Source of the DNA: Patescibacteria group bacterium
GTDB lineage: Bacteria; Patescibacteriota; Patescibacteriia; Patescibacteriales; UBA12465
NCBI GenBank assembly: GCA_035269015.1
Contig: DATFJU010000031.1
Coordinates: forward strand, 41,326 to 105,325
Direction: 5' to 3'
Length of the DNA stretch: 64,000 nt
The notes below the pieces were generated by a model. That model was not told where the DNA came from. It ran no database searches and saw only the letters and a program-made list of their open reading frames with translations. The position numbers and the translations under genes are program-made. Positions 28,414 to 37,770 of the stretch are shown piece after piece. Every line of letters starts with the position of its first letter. Positions within the stretch are counted from its first letter, which is position 1.

Positions 28414-29415
28414 ACGCTTTCTGGCTTGCAAATCAAAGATAGTCTTCTTTATACCATTATTTAAAGTAGTGATAGGCATCCAGCCTAGTTCATTTCTAGC
28501 TTTATGAATATCAGGGGTAAGTAATGGTGTCATAAATATTTTACTTGATTTATACACAATCTTAGACTTGGACTCAGTAGCTTCAATTATTTTTTTAGCT
28601 AAATCAGTAATATTAACATCAACATCTGAACCAATATTAAACGGGCCTGCTAACTCTGATTCCATAAACTTTAAAGCACCATCAATAGCATCACTAATAT
28701 AACAAAGAGAAGAAGAAAAATTCTCATCACCATTTATTTCAACGTCTTTACCCTCTAAAGCGTTGGCCACCATATCAGGAATCATCTGCCCATCACCTAA
28801 AGTCATACGAGGACCAAAAGTCCTAAAAAGTCTAATTATTTTAGCATCAATATGCTTTTGTTCTCTATAAGTATATACTAAAGTCTCCGCAAACCTTTTA
28901 CCTTCGTCATAACAGGCGCGTTGACTGGTTGTAGAAACTTGCCCCATATCTGTTTCATTAACTTGATAATCTCTTAATTCTTTTCTTTTAAAGCCATAAA
29001 CAACAGAAGAAGAAAATTGCATAAACTTTGACTTATATTTCACTGCTAAATCTAATAAATTCTTAACCGCTAATGAATTGGCATTAATAATATCTAATTT
29101 ATTTTTAACAAAATTATCAGGTGACATTGGACAAGCTAAATTATATATTTCTTGTATTCCTTGAAAATTAATTTTAAATCTTTTCAAGCTATTCATTTTT
29201 TCTAGATCAATAGGCTCCGATAAATCATGATTTAAAAAAGTAAAATTAGAATTTGAAAGTAAGTGATCTATGTTTTTCTCTGAACCAGTAGAAAAATTGT
29301 CTATACAAATAACTTTAGCTTCTTTAACTAGCTCATCACATAAATGTGAACCAATAAAACCTGCACCACCTGCTACGATTACATTTTTTTTATCAAAAAT
29401 TATTTTTTTATCCAT
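28399..29415 (-). CDS. UDP-glucuronate decarboxylase (UDP-xylose synthase)-like short-chain dehydrogenase/epimerase
   Basis: 338 aa. Rossmann GGAGFIGSHL; catalytic YDEGKRFAETLVYTY is the UXS/ArnA-type YxxxK context. It converges tail-to-tail with the upstream GT4. Confidence 0.75.
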   Translation of the reverse strand: MDKKIIFDKKNVIVAGGAGFIGSHLCDELVKEAKVICIDNFSTGSEKNIDHLLSNSNFTFLNHDLSEPIDLEKMNSLKRFKINFQGIQEIYNLACPMSPDNFVKNKLDIINANSLAVKNLLDLAVKYKSKFMQFSSSVVYGFKRKELRDYQVNETDMGQVSTTSQRACYDEGKRFAETLVYTYREQKHIDAKIIRLFRTFGPRMTLGDGQMIPDMVANALEGKDVEINGDENFSSSLCYISDAIDGALKFMESELAGPFNIGSDVDVNITDLAKKIIEATESKSKIVYKSSKIFMTPLLTPDIHKARNELGWMPITTLNNGIKKTIFDLQARKRLRKM

Positions 29416-29430
29416 ATTATTAAAATTATT

Positions 29431-31461
29431 TTATTTTCTTATTGAAATATAACTTACATCAACTCCTAAATTATTAGTAGCCTCACCCGCATAAAAACCT
29501 TGCAATACTTTAGCTTCATTATTATAAACTCTTACATGCGGCGCTCCGCCTGGTCCAGCACCAGTAATAATATCAGCTAAACCATTAATATCTGTATCAC
29601 CCACACTTATACTAACCCCTTCTTTAAATTTAGGTGCATAAGCTAAGAATTTTTCTTTAAGTTGGGCTTTATCATTAAACACTCTTATTTCTGGTTCAAT
29701 CCCAGGTCCAGGTGAAGTAATTATTTCTTTTTTATTTCTATCTCTTAAACCATCAATATCTCCAATAGCAATTTCAACCCCTGCTCTACTGTTTTTATCA
29801 TAAGCAAAAAATTGTCCACTAAGATTACCATGCATATCAAAAATTCTTACTTGGGGACCTGATCCCGCTTTAGTTGAACTAACAATTTCAGCTTTACCAT
29901 CACCACTTATATCTCCCACCGCTAAATTAACTCCAATATTCATATTTTTATAAGCACTAAATTCACTAAGAAGTCTTCCTCTAAGATTATAAACTTTAAT
30001 ACGTGAATTATCTCCAGAATCTAAAGTAGTGACAATTTCATCAACTCCATCTTTATTCACATCTCCCACCGCTACATTGACTCCATGCCTCAAACTTGAA
30101 TCAAAAGCAAAAAATTGAGATTTAAGTTCTCCCTCAATATCAAAAACTCTAACATGAGCTCCTCCACCACTTTTAGCACCAACAACTATTTCATTAACTC
30201 CATCACCATCAACATCGCCACTGTTAATATTCATACCTCCTTTAAAATTTTCGCTATAAGCTAAAAAGGAAGATATCTCTGTTCCCTCCTCGTCTCTAAT
30301 ATATATTCGAGGTTCAGAACCTATATGAGAACTCGTAATAATATGTGGTTTTTGTGAACTTAATTTTAACCAGGCTATATCCACCGCTCTATCAACATTA
30401 ACCCTACCTCGACCCAGCTTACCTAAATAATCTGGATTAAGTCTTCTAATATCATCAGTACTAGACATCAAAATATTCATAGCTTCTTGCTTACTAATAG
30501 TAGGATTAATACTAAGTATTAAAGCTAACGAACCGCTAATAACTGGAGTGGCCATAGAAGTACCTGACCAATAACCATCATAAAGTTTGGAAAACTGATT
30601 TTGATCAAAACCAGGATTAGAAGCTACTGTACCAAAAAAGCTCACTCCTGGAGCACTAATATCAATACAATTTACACCATAACTAGAAAATTCTGCTTTT
30701 TGATCCAGAGCATCTGTAGCTGCAACACCTATAACCATATTATTATCACCATCGTGACAAGCTGGATAAAGTGGTACCTCATCTACATCATAACTAACAT
30801 CATTATTATTTTCATTACCCCCTGCTGCTACCACTAAAACTCCAGCTTCATGAGCTCTTTTAATAGCTTCTTGGAGTCCTTGGCTATAGTTTTCTCCTAC
30901 AAAACTAAAGTTAATAATATGAGCACCATTTTGTATAGCATAATCAACTGCTCTAATCACATCCCGCATACTACCAGCGCCAGCATCATTTAAAACCTTA
31001 AGAGGCATTATCTTACTTTCCCAACTAATCCCTGCTACTCCCACCTTGTTATTACCTTGAGCAGCAATAATACCTGAAACAATAGTACCATGAGAAAGTC
31101 CTCCCTCGGTCCAGCTTTCAGTAAAATCTGGAGAAGGATTATTATTGTCACCTACAAAATCCCAACCATTAACATCGTCAATAAAACCATTAGCATCATC
31201 ATCTATACCATTATCAACTATTTCCTTAGAATTTTGCCAAATATTATTTTTCAAATCAGGATGATTAATTTGCACACCACCATCAATCACAGCCACCACA
31301 ATCTCCTTAGCGCCAGTAGTTCTCTCCCAAGCACTTGGTGCATTAATTTTTTCTAAGTACCACTGCCTATCATAATACCTATCATTTGGCTCTAAAGCTA
31401 AAGATAAACTAGGTGTAGCTAAAAATATAAATATAAAAAATGTAATCAAAATTTTCTTCAT
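29431..31461 (-). CDS. secreted subtilisin-like serine protease (peptidase S8) with C-terminal FG-GAP/VCBS repeat domain
   Basis: 676 aa with signal peptide MKKILITFFIFIFLATPSLSLA. Catalytic triad contexts AVIDGGV (Asp), HGTIVSGIIAA (His), GTSMATPVISG (Ser). About 6 repeats of GD.DGDG..E.V.G.....G...V.V follow. Confidence 0.8.
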   Translation of the reverse strand: MKKILITFFIFIFLATPSLSLALEPNDRYYDRQWYLEKINAPSAWERTTGAKEIVVAVIDGGVQINHPDLKNNIWQNSKEIVDNGIDDDANGFIDDVNGWDFVGDNNNPSPDFTESWTEGGLSHGTIVSGIIAAQGNNKVGVAGISWESKIMPLKVLNDAGAGSMRDVIRAVDYAIQNGAHIINFSFVGENYSQGLQEAIKRAHEAGVLVVAAGGNENNNDVSYDVDEVPLYPACHDGDNNMVIGVAATDALDQKAEFSSYGVNCIDISAPGVSFFGTVASNPGFDQNQFSKLYDGYWSGTSMATPVISGSLALILSINPTISKQEAMNILMSSTDDIRRLNPDYLGKLGRGRVNVDRAVDIAWLKLSSQKPHIITSSHIGSEPRIYIRDEEGTEISSFLAYSENFKGGMNINSGDVDGDGVNEIVVGAKSGGGAHVRVFDIEGELKSQFFAFDSSLRHGVNVAVGDVNKDGVDEIVTTLDSGDNSRIKVYNLRGRLLSEFSAYKNMNIGVNLAVGDISGDGKAEIVSSTKAGSGPQVRIFDMHGNLSGQFFAYDKNSRAGVEIAIGDIDGLRDRNKKEIITSPGPGIEPEIRVFNDKAQLKEKFLAYAPKFKEGVSISVGDTDINGLADIITGAGPGGAPHVRVYNNEAKVLQGFYAGEATNNLGVDVSYISIRK

Positions 31462-31519
31462 AGTACTCTTATTCTACCATTACTTAGCTCTTTAATGCAA
31501 TTAATGTTAATAAAATTAT

Positions 31520-31544
31520 TAAAAAATACCCAGTGACTGGGTAT
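31520..31544 (-). terminator. strong rho-independent terminator after the GT4 gene at 31569..32849
   Basis: Perfect 9-bp palindrome ATACCCAGT-g-ACTGGGTAT, followed on the minus strand by TTTTTTAATAATTTT. Confidence 0.6.
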
Positions 31545-31568
31545 GACATAAAATATATTTATATTTTA

Positions 31569-32849
31569 TTACATTTCCTTAATTTGTTTTAATGTCTCTT
31601 TAGCTGCTTTTCCCCAAGAAAATAATTTAGCTCTCTCTAAACCTTTAATTTTTAAATTATTTCTCAATTCCTCATCATTGACTAAAGTGTGCATAGCCTG
31701 ACTAATAGCATATTTATCATAAGGATCAAAAAATAAAGCGCTATCACCTGCCACCTCTTTCATAACTTCAATATTACTGACCGCTGAAGGGACACCACAG
31801 GCAAGCGCCTGGATAACAGGAATGCCAAAACCTTCATGACGAGTTGGGAAGATAAAAGCACTGGCACCATTATATATGTAAGGCATATCTTTTTCTGCTA
31901 CCCAGCCCAACATAATTACTTCTAAATCTAAATCAAATTCCTCAATATAATATTTAACATCATCATAACCATGACTAGCATCACCAATTAAAACTAACTT
32001 ATGTTTTATCTCTGGATTGTTTTCTTTTAGTATTGCTAAAGCTTCAATAAGATTAGGTGTATTTTTCTTTTTCTCTAATCTACCTACATAAAGAAAATAT
32101 TTTTCATGTAAACCATACTTCTTACAAACCTGATGTATCTCCTCTTTATCATCAATAAGACGATATAATTTATTATTATAACCATTATGTATTACTGTCA
32201 TTTTTTCAGCTTTAGTTTTATAGACATCAATGATTTCTTTTTTAGTAAAATGAGAAACAGTAATTATTTTCTTGGCAGTTTGTAGAGCAAACTTAGTGGA
32301 CCAATCAAGATAGTCTAAATTATTTAAACTATATTTATTAAAACTTAATATTTTAACTATTATATTAGTTATTCTTCTAAAAAAACCTGCTTCCTCCCAA
32401 GCCATCTTTTTACTATATATAGACCCTTCTCTTTTAAAAGCAATATCGTGAATAGTAGTTATAGTACGTTTAGGATGAATTAAAGGTATAGTGTGTGCTG
32501 GTACAAACAAAACATCTGGAGCCTTAAAAATCATTTGCAAAGAAAATCTTCCTAGTGTCCATAAATAAGAAAAAGGCCAGCGTAGGACCTTTCCTTTAAA
32601 ATTATTATGTGGACTTTTAATAATTTGATAACCATATTTATCAAACTTAGGCTTTTCATCCATTAGCTCAAAATTCTCACCTTTTTGTGTAAAATCTACT
32701 AAACCTCCAATTAAAGGTTTGTCAGTATAAAGTATATATTGATTTTCAGAGTCTATCTCGGCTAAGGCTTTAATTAAATAATAAGAATACCATTCTGTTC
32801 CAGTTTTGTGTCGACGATTAGCTCTGCTTGCATCTATGCCAATTATCAT
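31569..32849 (-). CDS. family 4 glycosyltransferase with extended N-terminal domain
   Basis: 426 aa. C-terminal GT4 motifs (RHEGFGIPVIQALACGVP; E-x7-E). Located 12 nt downstream of the mreB paralog. Confidence 0.75.
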   Translation of the reverse strand: MIIGIDASRANRRHKTGTEWYSYYLIKALAEIDSENQYILYTDKPLIGGLVDFTQKGENFELMDEKPKFDKYGYQIIKSPHNNFKGKVLRWPFSYLWTLGRFSLQMIFKAPDVLFVPAHTIPLIHPKRTITTIHDIAFKREGSIYSKKMAWEEAGFFRRITNIIVKILSFNKYSLNNLDYLDWSTKFALQTAKKIITVSHFTKKEIIDVYKTKAEKMTVIHNGYNNKLYRLIDDKEEIHQVCKKYGLHEKYFLYVGRLEKKKNTPNLIEALAILKENNPEIKHKLVLIGDASHGYDDVKYYIEEFDLDLEVIMLGWVAEKDMPYIYNGASAFIFPTRHEGFGIPVIQALACGVPSAVSNIEVMKEVAGDSALFFDPYDKYAISQAMHTLVNDEELRNNLKIKGLERAKLFSWGKAAKETLKQIKEM

Positions 32850-32860
32850 ATTTAACTTTG

Positions 32861-33868
32861 TTATTTAGTTGCTAATATTGATCTCTTATATGAGTCAAGA
32901 TTTTCTAGAGCTGTGCCTGTGCCTTTAGCCACACAAAGTAATGCATCATCTGCAATATAAGCTGGCACACCTGTAGTTCTAGAAAAAAGTTGATCTATAT
33001 TTCTAAGTAAAGCACTACCCCCTGAAATAACCATACCTTTATCCATAATATCAGCTGCTAACTCTGGAGGAGTATTATTTAAAACTTTCTTAGCTGCATT
33101 TATTATCGCTTCCAATTCATTTTGTATAGATTCAGTAATATCATCACTACTTACCACGATAGATCTAGGCAGCCCTGTCATAATATCTCTACCTCTAATT
33201 TCCATACTAAGTTTATCTTCAATAAATAAAGCTGATCCAATGTTAATCTTTAACTCCTCAGCTGTACGCTCACCAATAGCTAAGTTATATTTCTTTTTAA
33301 TAAATTCTAAAATAGACTTATCAAATTTATTCCCTCCAACTCTAACAGAGGCTGAATAAACCACACCACCCAAAGAGATTACCGCCATTTCTGATGTTCC
33401 ACCACCAATATCAACTATCATATGACCAGTCGCTGAACCAATTGGTATTTCAGCACCAATAGCAGCTGCTACTGGTTCTTTAATAATATAAGCGGCCTTA
33501 GCTCCAGCAGCAATTGTAGCCTCTACTACTGCTCTTCTTTCAGTAGAAGAAATACCAGCTGGCACTGCTACCATAACCTCTGGTCTAAACAATCTAATAC
33601 CTCCTAAAGTTTTATTAATAAAGTACCTAATCATAGCTTCAGTAATACGATAATCAGCAATAACACCATCTTTTAAGGGTTTTACAGCAATAATAGAATC
33701 AGGCGTTCTACCTAACATATCCTTAGCTTCATTACCAACTGCTAATATTTTTCTATCATCCACTGAAACAGCCACAACTGATGGTTCATTAATTACTATT
33801 CCTCTTTTAGGTAAGTATACTAGAGTGTAAGTTGTACCTAAATCAATCCCTATTTTTTTTGCAAACAT
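32861..33868 (-). CDS. mreB: MreB/Mbl-family actin-like protein (second paralog, outside the mreBCD operon)
   Basis: 335 aa. IGIDLGTTYTLVY phosphate-1, VDIGGGTSEMAVISLGG phosphate-2, ISGGSALLRNID adenosine motif. Confidence 0.85.
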   Translation of the reverse strand: MFAKKIGIDLGTTYTLVYLPKRGIVINEPSVVAVSVDDRKILAVGNEAKDMLGRTPDSIIAVKPLKDGVIADYRITEAMIRYFINKTLGGIRLFRPEVMVAVPAGISSTERRAVVEATIAAGAKAAYIIKEPVAAAIGAEIPIGSATGHMIVDIGGGTSEMAVISLGGVVYSASVRVGGNKFDKSILEFIKKKYNLAIGERTAEELKINIGSALFIEDKLSMEIRGRDIMTGLPRSIVVSSDDITESIQNELEAIINAAKKVLNNTPPELAADIMDKGMVISGGSALLRNIDQLFSRTTGVPAYIADDALLCVAKGTGTALENLDSYKRSILATK

Positions 33869-33928
33869 AAGTTAATTTAAAAATAGCTAATACTTTATAT
33901 TAGCTTATAATCAAGACTTTAGTCAATA

Positions 33929-34333
33929 CTAAAAACCATTACCACTATTTTGTTTGTTATTTAAAATTCTAATTACTTTTTCTGAAAACTCATTAATATC
34001 AAAATCTGTTTTAATAAAGTAATAGTCAGCTCCTAACTCCATACTACGATTCTTACTATCTTCATCACTAAGATCAGTAAAGACAAAAACTGATAAATCT
34101 TTAAGCTCATCTTCAGATCTAATAGCTTCCAAAAGTTCAAAACCATCTAAGTCAGGTAAAATTAAATCTAAAATTACATAATCAAACTTACTTTTTTTAA
34201 TATAAGCTAAAAGCTCTTCTAAAGTTTCTTCTCCGGTAGTGATTTCTACTTCATAACCTTCCGAACTAAAACGAGATTGTAAGCCATAGAGTAAATTGGC
34301 ATCATCTTCAATGATATATATTTTTTTACTCAT
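33929..34333 (-). CDS. single-domain response regulator (CheY-like receiver only)
   Basis: 134 aa. Acidic pocket IIEDD, phospho-acceptor Asp in VILDLILPDLDGF, conserved T/K positions. No output domain, and no histidine kinase in the window. Confidence 0.8.
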   Translation of the reverse strand: MSKKIYIIEDDANLLYGLQSRFSSEGYEVEITTGEETLEELLAYIKKSKFDYVILDLILPDLDGFELLEAIRSEDELKDLSVFVFTDLSDEDSKNRSMELGADYYFIKTDFDINEFSEKVIRILNNKQNSGNGF

Positions 34334-34365
34334 ATTTTTTGTTGTTAAAATTATTTAAACTTTAT

Positions 34366-35331
34366 TTAAGCTTTTAATTTTTTCCACCAGGCATTATTTT
34401 TTTTATACCAGTTTACTGTATCCTTTAATCCTTCTTCAAAACTAATCCTGGGCTCCCAGTTAAGTTCACTCTTGGCCTTACTATAATTGATAGCATAGCG
34501 CAGATCATGACCAGCTCTATCTTTTACATATTCTATCATACTATCATCAGTATTCATTATTTCAAGAATCTTTTTAGTAATCTCTAAATTACTAAACTCA
34601 CTATTTCCTCCTAGTAAATAAATTTCACCAGCTTTTCCCTTCTTTATAATAGCTTCTAGTCCCCGACTATGATCATCAACGTGTATCCAGTCTCTAATAT
34701 TATCACCCTTCCCATAAATCGGTATTTTTTTACCTTCCATTAAATTTGTTAAAAACAAGGGGATTAGTTTTTCTGGATATTGATAAGGACCATAATTATT
34801 AGAACAATTAGAAATAGTAATTGGCAAATTATGGGTGTGAAAATAAGCTCTAACTAAATGATCTGAGGCAGCCTTAGAGGCGCTATAGGGACTTCTGGGA
34901 TCATAGGGGGTATTTTCATTAAAAGGAGCATCTTGAAAAGATAAGGCACCAAAAACCTCATCAGTAGAAACATGATGGAATCTTGAAACACCAGCTTTTC
35001 TAGCTTCATCAAGTAAAACTCTTGTGCCTTCCACATTGGTACGTATAAAATCTTCACTATCTTGTATAGATCTATCTACATGACTCTCAGCTGCTAAGTG
35101 CACCACCACATCAACATCTTTCATTAAAGTTTTAACTAACTCCCTGTCACAAATATCACCTTTAACAAAACTATAATTACTATTATTTTCAATATCTTTT
35201 AAATTATCCAAATTACCAGCATAAGTTAATTTATCTAAATTAACTACTTCATCACTACTGTTATTTTTAAGCCAGTAGTGGATAAAGTTTGAACCGATAA
35301 AACCAGCTCCGCCAGTAATAAGTAATTTCAT
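34366..35331 (-). CDS. rfbB: dTDP-glucose 4,6-dehydratase
   Basis: 321 aa. LITGGAGFIGSNF Rossmann, YSASKAASDHLVRAY YxxxK, overall RmlB colinearity. Confidence 0.88.
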   Translation of the reverse strand: MKLLITGGAGFIGSNFIHYWLKNNSSDEVVNLDKLTYAGNLDNLKDIENNSNYSFVKGDICDRELVKTLMKDVDVVVHLAAESHVDRSIQDSEDFIRTNVEGTRVLLDEARKAGVSRFHHVSTDEVFGALSFQDAPFNENTPYDPRSPYSASKAASDHLVRAYFHTHNLPITISNCSNNYGPYQYPEKLIPLFLTNLMEGKKIPIYGKGDNIRDWIHVDDHSRGLEAIIKKGKAGEIYLLGGNSEFSNLEITKKILEIMNTDDSMIEYVKDRAGHDLRYAINYSKAKSELNWEPRISFEEGLKDTVNWYKKNNAWWKKLKA

Positions 35332-35351
35332 ATAATAATATAATTATTAAA

Positions 35352-35756
35352 TTAATTAATCCTTATCATCTCTACAATCTTTTCTGGCTCACCATCTTTA
35401 TATTCCCTTTGTGGCCAAAGCCTTAAGTGATCTTCTGGATTTCTAGGAATAACATGAAAGTGAGTATGAGGAATTTCTTGTCCAGCTACAGGATCATTAT
35501 TTAAATTAACATTATACCCCAAGGCTAAATTATCTTTAATACTATTTCCCACTTTTTTAACTGCTTTAATAATATCAAGCAAAACCTCTTCTGGCATATT
35601 TTCTAAATTATAATAATGATCTTTAGGAACAACTAAAGTATGTCCAGGGTTGACAGGTTTTATATCTAAGAAAGCCATTACCTTATCATCTTCATATACT
35701 TTGTATGCAGGCAGTTCACCTTTTACAATTTTACAAAAAATACAATTATTATCCAT
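35352..35756 (-). CDS. HIT-family (HINT-like) nucleotide hydrolase/transferase (start set at the internal Met; ORF extends to 35795)
   Basis: CIFCKI N-terminal motif and histidine triad HTHFHVIP. Confidence 0.8.
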   Translation of the reverse strand: MDNNCIFCKIVKGELPAYKVYEDDKVMAFLDIKPVNPGHTLVVPKDHYYNLENMPEEVLLDIIKAVKKVGNSIKDNLALGYNVNLNNDPVAGQEIPHTHFHVIPRNPEDHLRLWPQREYKDGEPEKIVEMIRIN

Positions 35757-35839
35757 ATTTATTATTCTTACTATTCTATTAATTATACAAACCAAATTAT
35801 CACTAAATTTTTAAGAAGTAAAGTTAAAATAGAATTAGG

Positions 35840-36292
35840 CTATTCAATAATGTAAGGAGAATCTTCTTTGTTTTCCCACCTTATTTCATCAATATCATCT
35901 TCTTTTTGAATACCTTTATATAATTTATTAGGTAAATTAATACTAAGAGCATCAATATCAGATATACACTTATAACCATGTACTACTCCAGGAGGAACTA
36001 TCACTAAACTAGGATTATCTTCTCCTACTGCTAATTCTAAGTGCTCTCCCTTAGTTTTAGACTCTTCCCTTCTATCCCATAAATGTAATTTAAAAGTACC
36101 AGGACCAATAAAAGCAAAAGCATCTGATTGGTAAACATGCTCATGTGGTCCTCTAACAATTCCTGGTTTAGTTAAACTAACATAACTCATAGCTGGCAAA
36201 TAATCTATATCATCATGACGATATATTTCTGTTAACCAACCTCTATCATCTTTATATTTATTTAATTTTTTTATTATTACTCCTTCTATCAT
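35840..36292 (-). CDS. rfbC: dTDP-4-dehydrorhamnose 3,5-epimerase-like cupin (compact)
   Basis: 150 aa. DDRGWLTE (compare DERGFF), RGPHEH (compare RGLHFQ), LVIVPPGVVHGYKCISD (compare LWIPRGFAHGF..LSD): the RmlC pattern in shortened form. Confidence 0.6.
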   Translation of the reverse strand: MIEGVIIKKLNKYKDDRGWLTEIYRHDDIDYLPAMSYVSLTKPGIVRGPHEHVYQSDAFAFIGPGTFKLHLWDRREESKTKGEHLELAVGEDNPSLVIVPPGVVHGYKCISDIDALSINLPNKLYKGIQKEDDIDEIRWENKEDSPYIIE

Positions 36293-36321
36293 ATAGTTAA
36301 ATTTTTATATAATTAAAACTT

Positions 36322-37296
36322 TTAAATATCTTTCTTTTTAAGTAAACCATTTTGCGCACCTTGAGCTGATATTACAGAGGCTGAGTTTCTAGCCCCTAAA
36401 ATTAGAGCTTTTTGTATATCACCATCATATAATTCTAAACCATAAACAAAAGCACTATTATGAGCATCACCTACCCCAGTAGTATCAACCCTTCTTTGCT
36501 CTTTTATTATTTCTTGATTATATATTTTCTTACCATCATAAGCTATAGAACCACTTCTGCCTAAAGTAATAACTACAATTTCAGGTCCCATTTCTTTAAT
36601 AATTTTAAGTAAATTATTATTATTAAAAAAACTGTTATTTTTATTCTTATACCTCTTATCACTTATTACCAATTCAATTGCTTCATCTTTATTTAAACAC
36701 AACACCTTAGTTTTCTTGAAATACTTCTTTAAAACACTAGCACCAGCTTTTAACTGCTCAGAGCCTGGATTCCAGGCCACTTTTTTAGCTACATTCAAAG
36801 CTTGAGAAAGCATACTTTTCCAAGGCTTAGATAATGAGGTAACATAAAGCCAATCAGCTAATTCAATAGCTTTTAAAGTCTTCTTATTTAATTTTAAATC
36901 AACCTTAGAACCTCTATAAACAAAAGCAACGTGCTCACCTTTTGGACCTATTATTAGTAGGGTATGTGGGCTTAAATAATTAGAACTATTTAGAATATAA
37001 CTAATATTTACACCTTTATCTTTTAAATTCGCCTTTATCTTTTTAGCCCTCTCACCTTTTCCTAAAGCTGTGATAATACTAGAGCTAAAACCTAAATTTG
37101 AAAAACTAACTGCGCTATTAGCAGAACCGCCTCCAAAACTAGAAATCATATCATCTACAAATATTTTAGCACCATATTCAAAAGCTATGAGTTTTTGTCT
37201 AAGCAAATCCTCTTTATTATCTAAAACTTTAGCTTCTCGAGGATAGATAGTTATATCCTCAGTAGCCCCTCCTAAGGTAACAATTTTTTTATTCAT
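36322..37296 (-). CDS. PfkB-family carbohydrate/nucleoside kinase
   Basis: 324 aa. N-terminal GG motif region (FGGGSANSAV) and C-terminal DTTGVGDAHNSAF PfkB signature 2. Confidence 0.8.
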   Translation of the reverse strand: MNKKIVTLGGATEDITIYPREAKVLDNKEDLLRQKLIAFEYGAKIFVDDMISSFGGGSANSAVSFSNLGFSSSIITALGKGERAKKIKANLKDKGVNISYILNSSNYLSPHTLLIIGPKGEHVAFVYRGSKVDLKLNKKTLKAIELADWLYVTSLSKPWKSMLSQALNVAKKVAWNPGSEQLKAGASVLKKYFKKTKVLCLNKDEAIELVISDKRYKNKNNSFFNNNNLLKIIKEMGPEIVVITLGRSGSIAYDGKKIYNQEIIKEQRRVDTTGVGDAHNSAFVYGLELYDGDIQKALILGARNSASVISAQGAQNGLLKKKDI

Positions 37297-37402
37297 ATCT
37301 TTAAATTACTTTTATATTTTATCATAATTAAGACAATTAGCAAAAAGGTACAAAAAAAGACCTCTTATTAAAAGATCTTTTAAGAAATTTAGTTTAAACT
37401 TA

Positions 37403-37663
37403 TTATTCAAAATAAGCTATAAATCTTTTTTTACCATTTTGATCTTGAAATATCTTGACCACAGGTAGAAATGGAAATCTTGTAATAGTAGACTCTAACT
37501 CTTTTGGTAAAATTAAATAAACATCAATTCCTGCTATGATTTGTTTAGCAGTTTTTGGATTAAAACCAGTTTCAACTAATTCCAAATCATACGAAGATGA
37601 CTCCTCGACTAAATTTTCATTTAAAAAAACAAAAGTTTCATCATTTATTTTAATTTCCTTCAT
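37403..37663 (-). CDS. hypothetical small protein (86 aa)
   Basis: ORF with no recognisable motif, preceded by a tandem-repeat promoter region. Coding status uncertain. Confidence 0.35.
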   Translation of the reverse strand: MKEIKINDETFVFLNENLVEESSSYDLELVETGFNPKTAKQIIAGIDVYLILPKELESTITRFPFLPVVKIFQDQNGKKRFIAYFE

Positions 37664-37704
37664 TATTTAATTAATTTTAAAGTTCGACAATTATTTATAA
37701 TTAG

Positions 37705-37750
37705 TATATCAACTTAATTCATATATATCAACTTAATTCATATATATCAA
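37705..37750. repeat. tandem direct repeat, 19-bp unit tatatcaacttaattcata x2.4
   Basis: Two perfect adjacent copies plus a partial third (tatatcaa), in the 107-bp spacer between mreD and the 86-aa ORF. Confidence 0.5.
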
Positions 37751-37770
37751 TATTAGATTATTATTTCTCT

